Shown here: positions 1 through 11,130 of the stretch, piece by piece
Layout of the letters: the number at the start of each line of letters is the position of its first letter
Numbering within the stretch: the first letter of the stretch is position 1
Origin: Gemmatimonadales bacterium
GTDB taxonomy: Bacteria; Gemmatimonadota; Gemmatimonadetes; Gemmatimonadales; GWC2-71-9
Length of the DNA stretch: 64,000 nucleotides
NCBI GenBank assembly: GCA_041615815.1
Contig: JBFJCP010000017.1
Location: forward strand, 34,104-98,103
Direction: 5' to 3'
The notes under the pieces: generated by a model
What the model saw: only the letters and a program-made list of their open reading frames with translations
Databases searched by the model: none
What the model was told of the DNA's origin: nothing
Position numbers and translations under genes: made by a program

Positions 1-1275
1 GCGGCCCTACTCGTCGGACTCGTGGTCGCGGGCAGCTACGGTCCCGGAGACAACCGTCGTGATCCGCGACGGGTGTTGATGGGCGTTGCGCTGGGAACGG
101 CGCTGGCGCTGTGGTCTTCGCTCTGGCTCCGTGGGGTGGGAGACTTCCTGGTGCACTACTTGGGCGCGGTCGCGGCAGTGAGTGTCTCGCTGGTGGCCTT
201 TCGCACGGCCCTGGACCGCGCGGTGGCTCGACTGAAAGGGAATCTGCGACCCGCCGAGCGAGTGCTGTTGGTGGGAGATCCGCGGGGTCTCGAGTCCACC
301 GAGGTGCGCGCGAAGCTGTGGCAAGGCGAACGGATGGAGCTCGTTGGCTGGGTCACGAACAATAGCGTCAACGGCAACGGTCACCGGTTGGCCGCGCTCC
401 GCTCGGGCGAAGACGTCTGGCGCGTATTGCAGGAGGTGGAGGTCGACACGGTCGTGCTGTGCGGTGACGTGGAAGACAAACTCTTTCACGAGATTGTCGA
501 GGCGTGTGCCGCCGCGGGGTGCCGCCTGCTGGCTATGTCTCGGTACGACGGCATTGGGCGTCTGCGTCCATCCCTGGTCTGGTATCATGGATTGCCTTTC
601 GTCGAGTTGCGTCTCCCCGCGCTCGAAATGCGGCAGTTCCTCACCAAGCGGCTGATTGATTTCGTCGTTGCTGGCGCGGGGTTGGTACTTCTCGCGCCCG
701 TGTTCGCGATCATCGCCCTCGCTATCAAGTTGGATTCGCGAGGGCCGGTGTTTTTCCGGCAGGAGCGGGTGGGTCGCGGCGGTCGACATTTCCGCGTATG
801 GAAGTTCCGGACGATGCGTAACGGCGCGTCGGACGCGGCGCATCGCGAGTTGGTGTCGAAAATGTTGAACGGGGACAGCGGTGAATGCGGGGTCGCCAAT
901 GGGAGTCGGGCGCTGCCGGTCTACAAGCTCGTCAAAGATGGACGAGTGACGAGCGTTGGTCGGTGGCTGCGCCGCACGTCCCTCGATGAACTCCCGCAGC
1001 TCATCAACGTCCTGTGTGGTGAAATGAGTCTGGTGGGCCCCCGGCCACCGCTCCCGTACGAGGTAGAGATCTACGACGCCTGGCAGTTCGAGCGGCTGGG
1101 CGTGCTTCCGGGTATCACGGGGTTGTGGCAGGTGTCGGGTCGGAACTTGCTCACGTACCGGCAGATGTGCCAGCTCGACATCGAATATGTGCAGCGGTGG
1201 TCGCTGTGGCTCGATCTGCGGATCCTGTGGCGAACGATCCCCGTTGTGCTCTTCAATTCCGGCCGGGCAGCGTAG
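1..1275 (+). CDS. Sugar transferase (WcaJ/WbaP-type initiating phosphoglycosyl transferase), 5'-truncated by the window edge
   Basis: Frame is open from base 1. TM segments and a CoA-binding-like region are followed by Bac_transf motifs [38 protein letters not shown] and [12 protein letters not shown]. Confidence 0.93.
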   Translation, partial: AALLVGLVVAGSYGPGDNRRDPRRVLMGVALGTALALWSSLWLRGVGDFLVHYLGAVAAVSVSLVAFRTALDRAVARLKGNLRPAERVLLVGDPRGLESTEVRAKLWQGERMELVGWVTNNSVNGNGHRLAALRSGEDVWRVLQEVEVDTVVLCGDVEDKLFHEIVEACAAAGCRLLAMSRYDGIGRLRPSLVWYHGLPFVELRLPALEMRQFLTKRLIDFVVAGAGLVLLAPVFAIIALAIKLDSRGPVFFRQERVGRGGRHFRVWKFRTMRNGASDAAHRELVSKMLNGDSGECGVANGSRALPVYKLVKDGRVTSVGRWLRRTSLDELPQLINVLCGEMSLVGPRPPLPYEVEIYDAWQFERLGVLPGITGLWQVSGRNLLTYRQMCQLDIEYVQRWSLWLDLRILWRTIPVVLFNSGRAA

Positions 1276-1298
1276 CCGGCCCAAACCAGCGAATAGCC

Positions 1299-2336
1299 AT
1301 GACGACACTGCACGTAGGCGTGATCGGATGTGGATACTGGGGACCAAACCTGGTGCGGAACTTTGCACGACACCCCCAATGTCGCGTGGACGCGGCCTGC
1401 GACATCGATCTTGCTCGCGCCGAGCGGATTGGGAAGGAGTATCGGACACCACTCATCACGAACCAGCCGGACCAACTGTTTGCCTCACCGGAGCTCGATT
1501 TGATCGTCATCGCCACGCCGTCCTTCACGCACTTCGAACTGGCGAAGGCGGCGCTCCAGGCCGGCAAGCACGTGCTCGTGATGAAGCCGTTGACCACGGC
1601 CACAGAGCACGCGGAGGAACTCTGTGATCTCGCCGCACGGCAAGGTCTCCTCGTGGCTGTGGATCACACGTTCTTGTTCACCGGCGCGGTTCGCAAGATG
1701 AAGCAGTTGGTCTCGGCCGGTGAGATCGGAGAGCTCTACTACTTCGACTCGGTCCGGATCAACCTTGGGCTGATTCAGACGGATGTGAATGTCCTGTGGG
1801 ACCTCGCACCGCACGACGTGTCGATCATGGATTACCTCATCGACGAGGAGCCGTCAGCCGTCTCGGCGATTGGGGCTTCGCACGGTGGATCACCGACCGA
1901 GAACATTGCCTATCTCACGGTGCGCTACAACGGATCGCTGTTGGCGCACGTCCATGTGAACTGGCTGGCTCCCGCCAAGATCCGTCGGACTATTGTGGGG
2001 GGGTCGAAGCGGATGTTGGTGTATGATGACATGGAGCCGAGCGAGAAAGTCAAGCTGTACGACAAGGGGTTCTCGATGCAGCCACCGAAACCCGAAAACG
2101 ATTACCAGCTGCTCATTTCCTACCGCACTGGCGACATGCACGCTCCCAAGCTCGAGACGCGCGAGGCTCTCGGGTATGAAGTGGACAACGTGATTGCCGC
2201 CATCAAGGGACGCGAGCCGTTGATCGCGGACGGCCTTGCGGGGTTGCGGGTGGTGCGGATCCTCGAAGCTGCCCAACGATCCCTCGAAGACGGCGGTGCC
2301 GTCATCTCTCTCCACGGCGCAGGGGCCGTCGCGTGA
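1299..2336 (+). CDS. Gfo/Idh/MocA NAD-dependent oxidoreductase (WbpB-like sugar 3-dehydrogenase)
   Basis: [17 protein letters not shown]ossmann motif, [10 protein letters not shown] and WDLAPHD. ATG at 1299 is preferred over the ORF-track start. Confidence 0.88.
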   Translation: MTTLHVGVIGCGYWGPNLVRNFARHPQCRVDAACDIDLARAERIGKEYRTPLITNQPDQLFASPELDLIVIATPSFTHFELAKAALQAGKHVLVMKPLTTATEHAEELCDLAARQGLLVAVDHTFLFTGAVRKMKQLVSAGEIGELYYFDSVRINLGLIQTDVNVLWDLAPHDVSIMDYLIDEEPSAVSAIGASHGGSPTENIAYLTVRYNGSLLAHVHVNWLAPAKIRRTIVGGSKRMLVYDDMEPSEKVKLYDKGFSMQPPKPENDYQLLISYRTGDMHAPKLETREALGYEVDNVIAAIKGREPLIADGLAGLRVVRILEAAQRSLEDGGAVISLHGAGAVA

Positions 2337-2863
2337 CCGACGGGCCGCCGACGCCCGCCGATGACCGCGACAAACAGCTGTGCCGCATAGCGCCCGACGT
2401 GAAACTCGGGCGCAATGTGCGGATTCACGCGTTCGTCAACCTGTACGGCTGCGAGATTGGTGACGAAACCTCCATCGGCACCTTCGTAGAGATTCAGCGC
2501 GGTGCCAAGATCGGGGCGCGCTGCAAGATCCAAAGCCACACGTTCGTGTGCGAGGGCGTGACCATCGAGGACGAGGTCTTTGTGGGTCACAACGTCAACT
2601 TCATCAACGACACCTACCCGCGCGCCACCAACGACGCGGGCGCTCCGCAATCCTCCGCAGACTGGGCCGTCATCCGGACCACCGTGAAACGAAGGGCGTC
2701 GATCGGTACGGGGGCGGTGCTCTTGGGGGGGATTACCGTCGGTGAATCCGCCTTGGTGGGTGCCGGCGCGGTGGTGACTCGGGATGTGCCGGCCGGGGCT
2801 GTGGTCGTCGGGAATCCCGCCCGCGTCCTGCGCGTGAACGCCATCGATCCATCGGTGCGGTGA
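2333..2863 (+). CDS. Hexapeptide-repeat N-acyltransferase (WbpD/WxcM-like)
   Basis: Left-handed beta-helix repeats ([26 protein letters not shown]), FINDTYPRA and C-terminal VVGNPAR. GTGA overlap with the upstream gene. Confidence 0.9.
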   Translation: MTDGPPTPADDRDKQLCRIAPDVKLGRNVRIHAFVNLYGCEIGDETSIGTFVEIQRGAKIGARCKIQSHTFVCEGVTIEDEVFVGHNVNFINDTYPRATNDAGAPQSSADWAVIRTTVKRRASIGTGAVLLGGITVGESALVGAGAVVTRDVPAGAVVVGNPARVLRVNAIDPSVR

Positions 2864-4023
2864 CCCGCCGAGCGGCCAAGCGCCGCGCGGGGCACCCGGC
2901 CGTGTCGTTCCCGCTCACCACCGAGCCCAGCCGTTCCCCACAACCCGGGCTGATCCAACTTGGCGCCGGCGCGGCCGTCTGGCTCGTGCTCTTCGCCTGC
3001 ACCCTTCCACCACCCGTGCCCGACCCCGATCCCGAGCAGACCGTGGGCACGCGCTGGATGTTGGCCTATCCCGGAGGACCCAGGCGCCCTGCCTATTCGG
3101 TATCCGACTTCGTCCACCTCCTGGCCTATGTCGATCCCGCGGGGCGTCCGGCGGACTGGCTTTCCACGGGCGTGATCTTCCTGGAACTGCGCGCACCGTC
3201 GGGTCGGCTATTTACGACCTGGGTCCCCGACGGCGAGCCCTCGACCGGCGCCGATTGGGAACAGTACCTCGATACGCTCTTCGTACCGGGTGGCATTCTT
3301 TCGAGGCTCGATTCGGCGGTTGGTGTGGTCGGTGCCGAAGTGGGGCCACCCCCCGATCTCCCGTTTCCCGTCGTCGTGATGATTCCGTTCCCCGAGCCTG
3401 CTGTGGACACGCTGCGGTATGCAGGTGGCGTGTATCGATTGCGAGAGGAAAGCGCTCGCGCGGAGGTGGCCGTTGCCTTCGTGACGGACGTGATCCGACG
3501 GTTCCAGCGTGCGGACCACGCCGCGCTCGGGCTCCACGGATTCTATTGGCTCAAGGAGAGCATTCGGGATGCGGACGGCGTCCTGGTCCGGCGGATCGCC
3601 GAGCACGTGCATTCCGAAGGCTACCAGTTTTTTTGGATTCCATTTTTCACCGCGTGGGGAGTGGATCGGTGGCGGGAGTGGGGTTTCGATGCCGCCTGGC
3701 TACAGCCCAATTACTTCTTCAATGTCGCGCTCGATCGCTCACGACTCGACTCGGCAGTCGTGAGGGCCCGCCGATTGGAGATGGGACTCGAGATCGAGTT
3801 CAACGGGCGTCTCCTCAACGATTCCGCGTACGCGGACCGCCTGGATCCGTACCTCGATGCTCTGCGCGCGGCTCCGGATCTTCGTCGTGCCTCGGTAGCA
3901 ACCTACGAAGGAGGAGGAGCACTCCTCCGCCTCAGCCGTAGTAGGAACCCGCAGCACCGCGCCATCTATTGCCGCTTCGTGAGTTTGCTCACACATTCGG
4001 ATGGGCGTGCGACCCACTGCTAG
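2860..4023 (+). CDS. DUF4855-like putative glycoside hydrolase, probable lipoprotein
   Basis: Motifs [30 protein letters not shown] and GLEIEF. Hydrophobic stretch ends in LFAC. The true start may lie slightly downstream. Confidence 0.65.
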   Translation: MTRRAAKRRAGHPAVSFPLTTEPSRSPQPGLIQLGAGAAVWLVLFACTLPPPVPDPDPEQTVGTRWMLAYPGGPRRPAYSVSDFVHLLAYVDPAGRPADWLSTGVIFLELRAPSGRLFTTWVPDGEPSTGADWEQYLDTLFVPGGILSRLDSAVGVVGAEVGPPPDLPFPVVVMIPFPEPAVDTLRYAGGVYRLREESARAEVAVAFVTDVIRRFQRADHAALGLHGFYWLKESIRDADGVLVRRIAEHVHSEGYQFFWIPFFTAWGVDRWREWGFDAAWLQPNYFFNVALDRSRLDSAVVRARRLEMGLEIEFNGRLLNDSAYADRLDPYLDALRAAPDLRRASVATYEGGGALLRLSRSRNPQHRAIYCRFVSLLTHSDGRATHC

Positions 4024-4185
4024 CCGTGACCGATGTGCCCCCCCCAAACCGGTACGGACATTGCTCGAACAGGCGTACCCCGTCGCGGTCGGATCCACAC
4101 GCGAGTCGGGGGTGGCACGCCCAACTGACCGTCCGTGGTTGGTTAGGGGAGTTGGCGTTCAACAGCTGGCAGGGTCAGGGTTGCG

Positions 4186-5532
4186 ATGTTCGAGCGGCAG
4201 CCTGCGAAGTGCAAGCGTATTCTGCAAACCGTCGCCTGGTGGGTCGCGATGACGGCCACCGTGTCGCTGGTGGCGTGTGGTGAGGGGCCAGTGGCCGCCG
4301 TCGTGGGCGCTATGCCCACGGGTACGCCCGAGCCTCCCGTGGCCGCGATACCCGTGATCCAGGGCCTCGAGGCGGCGCTGGAGGCCACAGAGCCCGTGCT
4401 GGTGCTCGCCCCTGGTGAGCGGGTGCCGATTCAATGCCAGGCGATCGTGGATGGATCGACGGTGCCCGTTCCGGCGTTGGTCGAATCGCTCCGCGGTACG
4501 GTGGTTGGAGGGCTGTGCGGGGATCTCGTCGTGACGCGGTCGGGAATCGATACGCTCCGCGTCGCCTTCGGCGGACTCGAGACCGACGTTCCCCTGGCGG
4601 TGGCCATCCCACCCAGCGTCACGCCCGCCCTTGGAGAAGACCTCAGGGCGGACAGCCTTCCGGCGGGTGTGGGGCCCTGGGCTCCGAGTGCCCGTGTGAA
4701 CTCGCAGGGGCAGGTGGAAGTCTACTTTACGGGGTACTACGAGGCGCCGGGCCAAGGGAACGGTTATCGCGGCCATTTGCATCGGTTGGTATCCGACGAC
4801 GGCAGTCAGTTCAGATACGACGGCGTTGCAATCCAGCATGAGCCAGATCACTGCACACTCACCGGGAGCGGTATCGAGAACATCAACATCGTCCCGCGGG
4901 CGGACGGTCCGGGGTGGCGGATGTTCTTCGCGGCAGGATCGTTCGGGTGCTACGGATGGCAGGTGTTCTCGGCGGTATCGTCCGATGAGCGCACGTGGAC
5001 CGTCGAGCCCGGTGTGCGACTCGACAACGGCGGCACGACTCCACCAGAGACGCCCGTGTCCGCGCCGTGGCCCGTGGGGGAAGGGATCGTGACGGAACGT
5101 CTCGAGTCCGGCGAATGGCGGATGATCGTTTCGGGATACGAGCGGCGGTACCCGCGAGAGGACAAGTTCCAGATCGTCGAGTGGCGGTCGCCCGATCAGT
5201 TGGAATGGACCTATATGGGCCCCCTGTTTTCGACGGACGACATGCCGCGAGAGGGGCAGGCCTCGGTCTACAGCCCCACGATTCAAGAAATCGAGCCAGG
5301 GCTCTGGCGCATGTTCTTCACCGCGGACAACCGTCACGACCCCGACGGGCGCAGCGGAATTTGGAGCGCCGTCAGCGTCGACAAGACGCGGTGGGTGCTC
5401 GAAGGTGAAGTGATCGGAGCCCCCGGTGTTTGGATTCGCTATGCCGCCCTGGCCAACCAGCGCCTCTACTATGTTCGCAGGGACGGCAACGGTCCACGGC
5501 GCCTCACAACCGCGAGAGTCATCACGCGTTAG
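4186..5532 (+). CDS. Hypothetical lipoprotein with a repeated beta-propeller domain (GH43/GH32/sialidase-like blades)
   Basis: SLVAC lipobox. Repeated blades WRMFF...SAVSxDxxxW and SDDGSQF resemble Asp-boxes. Confidence 0.55.
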   Translation: MFERQPAKCKRILQTVAWWVAMTATVSLVACGEGPVAAVVGAMPTGTPEPPVAAIPVIQGLEAALEATEPVLVLAPGERVPIQCQAIVDGSTVPVPALVESLRGTVVGGLCGDLVVTRSGIDTLRVAFGGLETDVPLAVAIPPSVTPALGEDLRADSLPAGVGPWAPSARVNSQGQVEVYFTGYYEAPGQGNGYRGHLHRLVSDDGSQFRYDGVAIQHEPDHCTLTGSGIENINIVPRADGPGWRMFFAAGSFGCYGWQVFSAVSSDERTWTVEPGVRLDNGGTTPPETPVSAPWPVGEGIVTERLESGEWRMIVSGYERRYPREDKFQIVEWRSPDQLEWTYMGPLFSTDDMPREGQASVYSPTIQEIEPGLWRMFFTADNRHDPDGRSGIWSAVSVDKTRWVLEGEVIGAPGVWIRYAALANQRLYYVRRDGNGPRRLTTARVITR

Positions 5533-5565
5533 CATTCGGGCGTCGCACCCGCCATTTTTCCCCAC

Positions 5566-6633
5566 ATGCGAATCGCGAGCATCGTCGGAGCACGTCCGCA
5601 GCTCATCAAGGCGGCCGTGGTGTCGGAAGCGTTGCGCCGGCAACACGAGGAAATCCTCGTGCATACCGGCCAGCACTACGACGCCACGATGAGCGACATC
5701 TTCTTCGAGCAGCTGGAGCTTCCGAGTCCCGATCACCACCTCGGCATTGGGTCCGGGACCCACGGGGCGCAGACCGGGCGGATGCTGGAAGCGCTCGAAT
5801 CCGTGCTGCTGGAATGCCGTCCGGACATCGTCCTGATCTACGGCGACACCAACAGCACGTTGGCGGGCGCACTCGCTGCGGTGAAGCTCCACCTCCCCGT
5901 GGCGCACGTCGAGGCAGGATTGCGGAGCTTCAACCGGCGGATGCCGGAAGAGATCAATCGTGTCGTGGCCGATCATCTTTCAGCGTGGCTCTTCTGCCCT
6001 ACCCAAACCGCCGTGGACAATCTGGCGCGCGAAGGCATCACGCGGGGCGTGTATCTCGTCGGGGATGTGATGTACGACCTGCTTCGCGCCATCCGGGCTC
6101 GGTCACCGGCTGCCGACGGGGTGGTGCAGGAGATGCGGGCCATCCGTGGCGGCTACCACGTTGCCACCGTCCACCGGGCGGAGAACACGGACGATCCCGA
6201 GCGACTCCGACGAATCCTTCGCGGGCTCGCCGCGCTCTCCCGCCCGGTCCTGTTCCCCGTGCATCCCCGAACCCGCAAAGCGATCGAAGAGGCCGAGCTG
6301 TGGCCACTGCTGGAAGACAGCTCCGTCCGTTGTTGCGAACCGCTCGGGTACATTGCCATGGTGCAGCTCGTCGAGGGGGCCTACAGTATCGTGACGGATA
6401 GCGGCGGGCTCCAGAAGGAGGCTTACCTCTTGGGCGTGCCATGCGTCACGGTGCGCGACGAGACCGAATGGCTGGAGACGCTGGTCGATGACTGGAATGT
6501 GCTGGCCTCAGGCGACGTCGATCAGATCGTAGCCGCCGCCGAGCGCGGGGCGCCACCCACCCCGCCAAAGCCGGCCTTTGGCGATGGTGCAGCCTCAGAC
6601 CGGATCGCCCGACTGGTGGAGTCCTCGGCCTGA
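5566..6633 (+). CDS. wecB: UDP-N-acetylglucosamine 2-epimerase, non-hydrolysing (WecB/WbpI family)
   Basis: VGARPQLIK, HTGQHYD, YGDTNSTLAG, HVEAGLRS, MPEEINR and TDSGGLQKEA. Confidence 0.93.
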   Translation: MRIASIVGARPQLIKAAVVSEALRRQHEEILVHTGQHYDATMSDIFFEQLELPSPDHHLGIGSGTHGAQTGRMLEALESVLLECRPDIVLIYGDTNSTLAGALAAVKLHLPVAHVEAGLRSFNRRMPEEINRVVADHLSAWLFCPTQTAVDNLAREGITRGVYLVGDVMYDLLRAIRARSPAADGVVQEMRAIRGGYHVATVHRAENTDDPERLRRILRGLAALSRPVLFPVHPRTRKAIEEAELWPLLEDSSVRCCEPLGYIAMVQLVEGAYSIVTDSGGLQKEAYLLGVPCVTVRDETEWLETLVDDWNVLASGDVDQIVAAAERGAPPTPPKPAFGDGAASDRIARLVESSA

Positions 6634-7863
6634 ATGGCAAATCCCCAACGGCGCGCAGCGATGCTCGTCCTCTCGAGTTATCCCGAAGATGTCCGTGTGC
6701 GTCGCGAGGCCATGGCGCTGCGGGACGCTGGATGGAGTGTGGACGTCTACGCCGCTCGGTCGAATGGGCAGGCGCGGACTCAGGTCGTCGATGGGATTCG
6801 CGTGGTCCGGGCCCCATTCGGGCGCCGCCGTGGATCGCGGCTACGGTATGCTGCGGAGTACGCGGCCTTCATCCTTTGGTCCAGTTGGGCCATGCTGCGC
6901 GCACCCCGCTACGCCGTGGTGCAGGTCCACACCTTGCCGGACTTCCTGGTGCTTGCGGCCACTCCGGCCCGGTGGCGGGGTGCATCCCTGCTGCTCGATT
7001 TGCACGAGATTGCGCCGGAGTTCTACATGCAGAAGTACCGCGCCCCCCGCACCCACTGGGCGGTGCGGCTGCTCGCCCGCCTCGAGCAAGCGAGCATTCG
7101 GTACGCGGACAGCGCCATCACGGTCAACGAGCCCCTGAAGACCCGTTTTGTCGAGCGAGGAGCCGATCCCGCCCGCCTCGGGGTCGTGATGAATTCCGCC
7201 GACGACCAGCTGTTCGCGCAGGGCAGCGGACCATACCTGCAGGGAGCAGAACCCGCCCATCCCCTCGCGCTCGTCTATCACGGCTCGCTCCTTCCTTACT
7301 ATGGCTTGGATCTGGCCATCCGGGCGGTCGCCCGGATCCGGAGTCGATGGCCCATCGAGCTCCACCTATTTGGCGCTGGCGAAACGGTGCACGTGCTTGA
7401 GCGCCTAGCGGCGGAGCTCGACGTGACCGATGCCGTCCGGTTTCATGGTCGGGTGCCGCACGCGAAGCTGGCCGCCGAGCTGCGTAGGAGGGGGGGAGGC
7501 ATCGTGCCGACCCGTCCGGGTCCCATGCTCGATTTGTCGCTGTCCAACAAGTTGCTGGAGATGGCATGCCTCGGGATGCCTGTGGTCGCGGCCGGCCTCC
7601 CGTCCTATCGGCAGTACTTCGGAGACGACAGCGCCATATATTTTCAGCCGGGGAATCTGGACGACTTGACCAACGCCCTCCACCGCTTTGCCGGGATGGG
7701 ACCGGGCGAGCGAGCCAACTTGGCCGCTCGGTTGTGTCGTGCCTACGGACCGTGGGATTGGGCGCGGCAGCGGGCGGAGTATCTCCGGATCGTCACCGAG
7801 GCCTCGGAGAACGGCAGGTCGGGCTTGGCCGAGCACCACCCAGGTGGTACACCGAGCGCCTAG
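6634..7863 (+). CDS. Glycosyltransferase family 4
   Basis: YPEDVRVRREA N-terminus, LDLHE and SNKLLEMACLGMPVV. Confidence 0.88.
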   Translation: MANPQRRAAMLVLSSYPEDVRVRREAMALRDAGWSVDVYAARSNGQARTQVVDGIRVVRAPFGRRRGSRLRYAAEYAAFILWSSWAMLRAPRYAVVQVHTLPDFLVLAATPARWRGASLLLDLHEIAPEFYMQKYRAPRTHWAVRLLARLEQASIRYADSAITVNEPLKTRFVERGADPARLGVVMNSADDQLFAQGSGPYLQGAEPAHPLALVYHGSLLPYYGLDLAIRAVARIRSRWPIELHLFGAGETVHVLERLAAELDVTDAVRFHGRVPHAKLAAELRRRGGGIVPTRPGPMLDLSLSNKLLEMACLGMPVVAAGLPSYRQYFGDDSAIYFQPGNLDDLTNALHRFAGMGPGERANLAARLCRAYGPWDWARQRAEYLRIVTEASENGRSGLAEHHPGGTPSA

Positions 7864-7917
7864 CTCAACCGAAGCATCGACTTCTTCATCCTTTTTCTTC
7901 GTGAGTGAGGAAACGCC

Positions 7918-9093
7918 ATGCAGGTGCCTTTTGTCGATCTACGGGCCATGCACGAGGAGGTTCGGCAAGAAATTCAAACGAAGTGGTCCAAGCTCATTGA
8001 CGACTCCGCGTTCGTCGGGGGACCGGCGGTCACGGAGTTCGAGAAGGCGTTCGCGACATTCTGCGACGCGCGGCACTGCGTGGGGGTAGGGAGCGGGACG
8101 GATGCGCTCAGGATTGCGCTCCAGGCCGTGGGCGTCATGTCCGGAGAGCTCGTCGTGACGGTTCCCCACACGTTCATCGCCACTGTCGAGGCCATTACCC
8201 AGGTGGGGGCGGTCCCCGCTTTCGTAGACATCGACCCCGTTTCCTACACCATGGACATCGCGGGGCTGGAGCAGTTCCTGCGCCAAGACTGCGTGCGGCG
8301 GGACGACATGCTCGTGCATCGGGCGACCGGGCGGCGGATCGCGTGCCTCCTCCCCGTCCACCTTTATGGCCAACCCGCCGACATGGATCCCCTGATGGGG
8401 CTGGGGCGGGAATTCGGTCTCCCGGTGGTCGAGGACGCGGCCCAGGCGCACGGGGCGACGTACCGTGGGCGGCCCTGCGGATCGCTCGCCACCGTGGGGG
8501 CGTTCAGCTTCTATCCAGGCAAGAACCTCGGCGCCATGGGTGAGGCCGGTGCCATTACGACCGACGATCCCAAAATCGTCGACCGGTGTCGCGTCCTCCG
8601 AGAGCACGGACAGCGCGAGCGCTACCTCCATATCAGAGCCGACGGCAGCAACGCGCGGCTCGATGCGGTGCAGGCCGTGGTGCTCTCCGCCAAGCTCCCC
8701 CGTCTCCATGACTGGAACGAGCACCGCCGCCAAGTTGCGGCGTGGTATCGCGAACGTCTGAGCGATGCCGACCTCGTCCTGCCCACCGAGATGCCCTACG
8801 CCGCCCACGTGTACCACGTGTACGTCGTCCAGGTGGCGGATCGGAATGGAGTCCGGCAGCGGCTGGGTGATGTGGGCGTGGCAACGGGATTGCACTATCC
8901 AGTCCCGCTCCATCTGCAAGATGCCTACGCGGACCTCGGGTTGGCCGCGGGCGATTTTCCGGTGAGTGAGACGGTTGCCTCCAGAGGTCTCTCGCTTCCG
9001 ATGTTCCCCCATATGACCGAAGCGCAGGTCGATCGCGCCGCGAGCGCGGTGCGCGAGGCCGTCACACAAGCCCCAGCCCTCGACCGCCGGTAG
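7918..9093 (+). CDS. DegT/DnrJ/EryC1/StrS PLP aminotransferase (WbpE-like)
   Basis: VPFVDL, PVHLYGQ, EDAAQAHGA, SFYPGKNLG (PLP lysine) and HYPVPLH. GAGG ribosome-binding site upstream. Confidence 0.93.
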   Translation: MQVPFVDLRAMHEEVRQEIQTKWSKLIDDSAFVGGPAVTEFEKAFATFCDARHCVGVGSGTDALRIALQAVGVMSGELVVTVPHTFIATVEAITQVGAVPAFVDIDPVSYTMDIAGLEQFLRQDCVRRDDMLVHRATGRRIACLLPVHLYGQPADMDPLMGLGREFGLPVVEDAAQAHGATYRGRPCGSLATVGAFSFYPGKNLGAMGEAGAITTDDPKIVDRCRVLREHGQRERYLHIRADGSNARLDAVQAVVLSAKLPRLHDWNEHRRQVAAWYRERLSDADLVLPTEMPYAAHVYHVYVVQVADRNGVRQRLGDVGVATGLHYPVPLHLQDAYADLGLAAGDFPVSETVASRGLSLPMFPHMTEAQVDRAASAVREAVTQAPALDRR

Positions 9094-9098
9094 CAACC

Positions 9099-11027
9099 GT
9101 GTGCGGCATCGCTGGAATGCTCGCCTTCGATCCGGCGCGTGACGTTGGCGATGCCGTCCGCAGCATGACCCGGGCGCTGGCCCACCGCGGACCCGATGGC
9201 GACGGGTTCGAGTACGTCTGGCGTCGGGCGGCCGCACTGGGTCATCGTCGACTCAGCATCATCGACGTGGATGGCGGGGCCCAGCCGATGGAGAACGAGG
9301 ACGGGCAAGTATCGATCGTCTTCAACGGAGAGATCTACAACTTCCGCGAACTGCGTCACGAGCTCGTGGCGTGTGGACATGCCTTTCGAACCCGCTCGGA
9401 CACCGAAGTCCTGATTCACGGTTGGGAAGAATGGGGGGTGAGGCTCCTCGAACGCCTCAACGGCATGTATGCGTTTGCGCTCTTCGACGGCCGTACGGCT
9501 CCGGGGAGCATTTGGCTCGCGCGAGATCCGGTAGGGGTCAAGCCGCTCTACCTGGGCCGCGGGCCGTGGTGTTGGTGGTTTGCGAGCGAGCTTCAGGCCG
9601 CGCGCGAGGGAGGGGTGCTGGAGGCGTCCATCCGGAACGAGTCCCTCGAAGAGTATCTCGTCTATCGGTTCGTGCCGTCACCGGCGACGCTGTTTCGCGA
9701 CACATGGAAAGTCCCGCCCGGCCACTGGTGTCGATTGCCGTTACCTGCGCTCCCCGCCGAGCCCACCTTCGAGGCGTTCGCTCCCGCCTTTGCGCCCGCA
9801 GTGCTGCCCAAGCGACGGGAAGAGTGGATGGAAGCCGTTCGTGACGGGCTGCGGGGGGCGGTTCGGCGCCAGCTCGTCTCCGACGTGCCGCTCGGCGCCC
9901 TGCTGTCGGGCGGGGTCGATTCCACGGTCGTCACGCGACTCATGACTGAGGCGTTGCCCGATCCGCCCCAGGCCTTCGCGATCGGTTTTCGGGAGGAGGG
10001 ACCGGACGGAGAACTCGGGGCTGCACAGCTGGCCGCTGACGCGCTCGGGGTGCCGCTGCACCGAACCGAAGTCGGCGAACGCGAATTCTTGAGGGCGTGG
10101 CCGGACCACGTGGCCAAGATGAGCGAGCCCATCGGGAATTCGGGCGTTCAGCTCATCGGCCATCTCTGTCAGAGCGTGGGCTCCCATCGCAAGGTCGTGT
10201 TGACCGGTCAAGGAGCGGACGAGCCGTTGGGAGGATACCCCCGCCATGCCGCTGAGCGGTTGGCGCCATGGCGGCATGCGTTACGACCGCTCCTGGCGTT
10301 GACCCCGCCTATGGTTGCGCGCGGTGATCGGGTGAGCCGGCTGCGGCGCGTCATGCGGGAAGGGGATGAAGCGCGGCGCTTCGCGGAGATCCTGGCGGTG
10401 TTTGCCCCCGCGGAAGCGGTGTGGCTAACCGGAAGCGACCGCGATCCCGATTGGCTCGTGTCACCGGTACGGCGGTGGCTCCCGGCGCACGACGATGGCT
10501 CGGCTGTCAATCGACTCCTACGCGTCGACGCCCGTCTCTCGCTGGCCGACGATCTGCTCATCGTGGCCGACCATACCGCCATGGCGTCGTCAGTCGAGCT
10601 CCGGGTTCCATTCCTCGATCTCGAGTTCTTGGCGCTCATCGATCGCATGCCGGCCCGCTACAAAGTCTCCCTCCTCGGCGAGCGCAAGTGGCTGTATCGG
10701 GATGCCGTCCGGCCCCTCCTTCCCGAGGCCATACGGCGGGAGACCACGGGGTGGAAGGCCCGTACGGGCCGCAAGCTCGGGTTCACGACCCCGCTGGACC
10801 GATGGTTTCGCGGCTGGGTCGAGCGGGACGCCACGCGGGACCTCCTGGGCCCTTCCGCGTGTCTGCCGGACTATCTGGAAGGCGACCGCCTGCGAGAGCT
10901 CTTGACCGATGTACGGGAGCGGCGTCTGGCGCGGGAACGTCAGTTGCTCGCGCTCTACGTTCTGGAGACGTGGTTGCAGCGAGTGCTCAAAGGAGTCGCC
11001 GCGCGGGCACCGCAACTGGCCGGATGA
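9099..11027 (+). CDS. asnB: Asparagine synthase (glutamine-hydrolysing) family amidotransferase, probably glycan-amidating
   Basis: MCGIAG Ntn cysteine, HRGPD, GHRRLSIID, FNGEIYN, LSGGVDS, LTGQGADE and ELRVPFLD. Confidence 0.92.
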   Translation: MCGIAGMLAFDPARDVGDAVRSMTRALAHRGPDGDGFEYVWRRAAALGHRRLSIIDVDGGAQPMENEDGQVSIVFNGEIYNFRELRHELVACGHAFRTRSDTEVLIHGWEEWGVRLLERLNGMYAFALFDGRTAPGSIWLARDPVGVKPLYLGRGPWCWWFASELQAAREGGVLEASIRNESLEEYLVYRFVPSPATLFRDTWKVPPGHWCRLPLPALPAEPTFEAFAPAFAPAVLPKRREEWMEAVRDGLRGAVRRQLVSDVPLGALLSGGVDSTVVTRLMTEALPDPPQAFAIGFREEGPDGELGAAQLAADALGVPLHRTEVGEREFLRAWPDHVAKMSEPIGNSGVQLIGHLCQSVGSHRKVVLTGQGADEPLGGYPRHAAERLAPWRHALRPLLALTPPMVARGDRVSRLRRVMREGDEARRFAEILAVFAPAEAVWLTGSDRDPDWLVSPVRRWLPAHDDGSAVNRLLRVDARLSLADDLLIVADHTAMASSVELRVPFLDLEFLALIDRMPARYKVSLLGERKWLYRDAVRPLLPEAIRRETTGWKARTGRKLGFTTPLDRWFRGWVERDATRDLLGPSACLPDYLEGDRLRELLTDVRERRLARERQLLALYVLETWLQRVLKGVAARAPQLAG

Positions 11028-11130
11028 TGGGGGAAGGATGTTCCGGATCCGCGTTGGGGCAGGAGATGGTTGAGGTGGTCACGGTCCCATCGGGCACGAT
11101 CGTACCGCGCGCTGGACCGTTGTCTCGCGG

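Noticed and set aside
7..1452. Long antisense and alternate-frame ORFs here and throughout (e.g. 4159-5976, 47005-48810, 47622-49523)
   Set aside because: These are Arg/Pro-rich shadow ORFs expected in high-GC DNA, lying opposite or over genes with clear family motifs.
4113..4130. Sigma54-like TGGCAC upstream of the propeller lipoprotein
   Set aside because: There is no TTGC at the -12 position.
7490..7496. G7/C8 homopolymers (also 1997, 2725, 4038) as phase-variation tracts
   Set aside because: They are too short to be significant at this GC content, and the reading frames are intact.
9099..11027. AsnB as a lasso peptide cyclase
   Set aside because: It has an intact N-terminal Cys glutaminase domain, sits in a nucleotide-sugar operon, and has no B1/B2 or precursor nearby.
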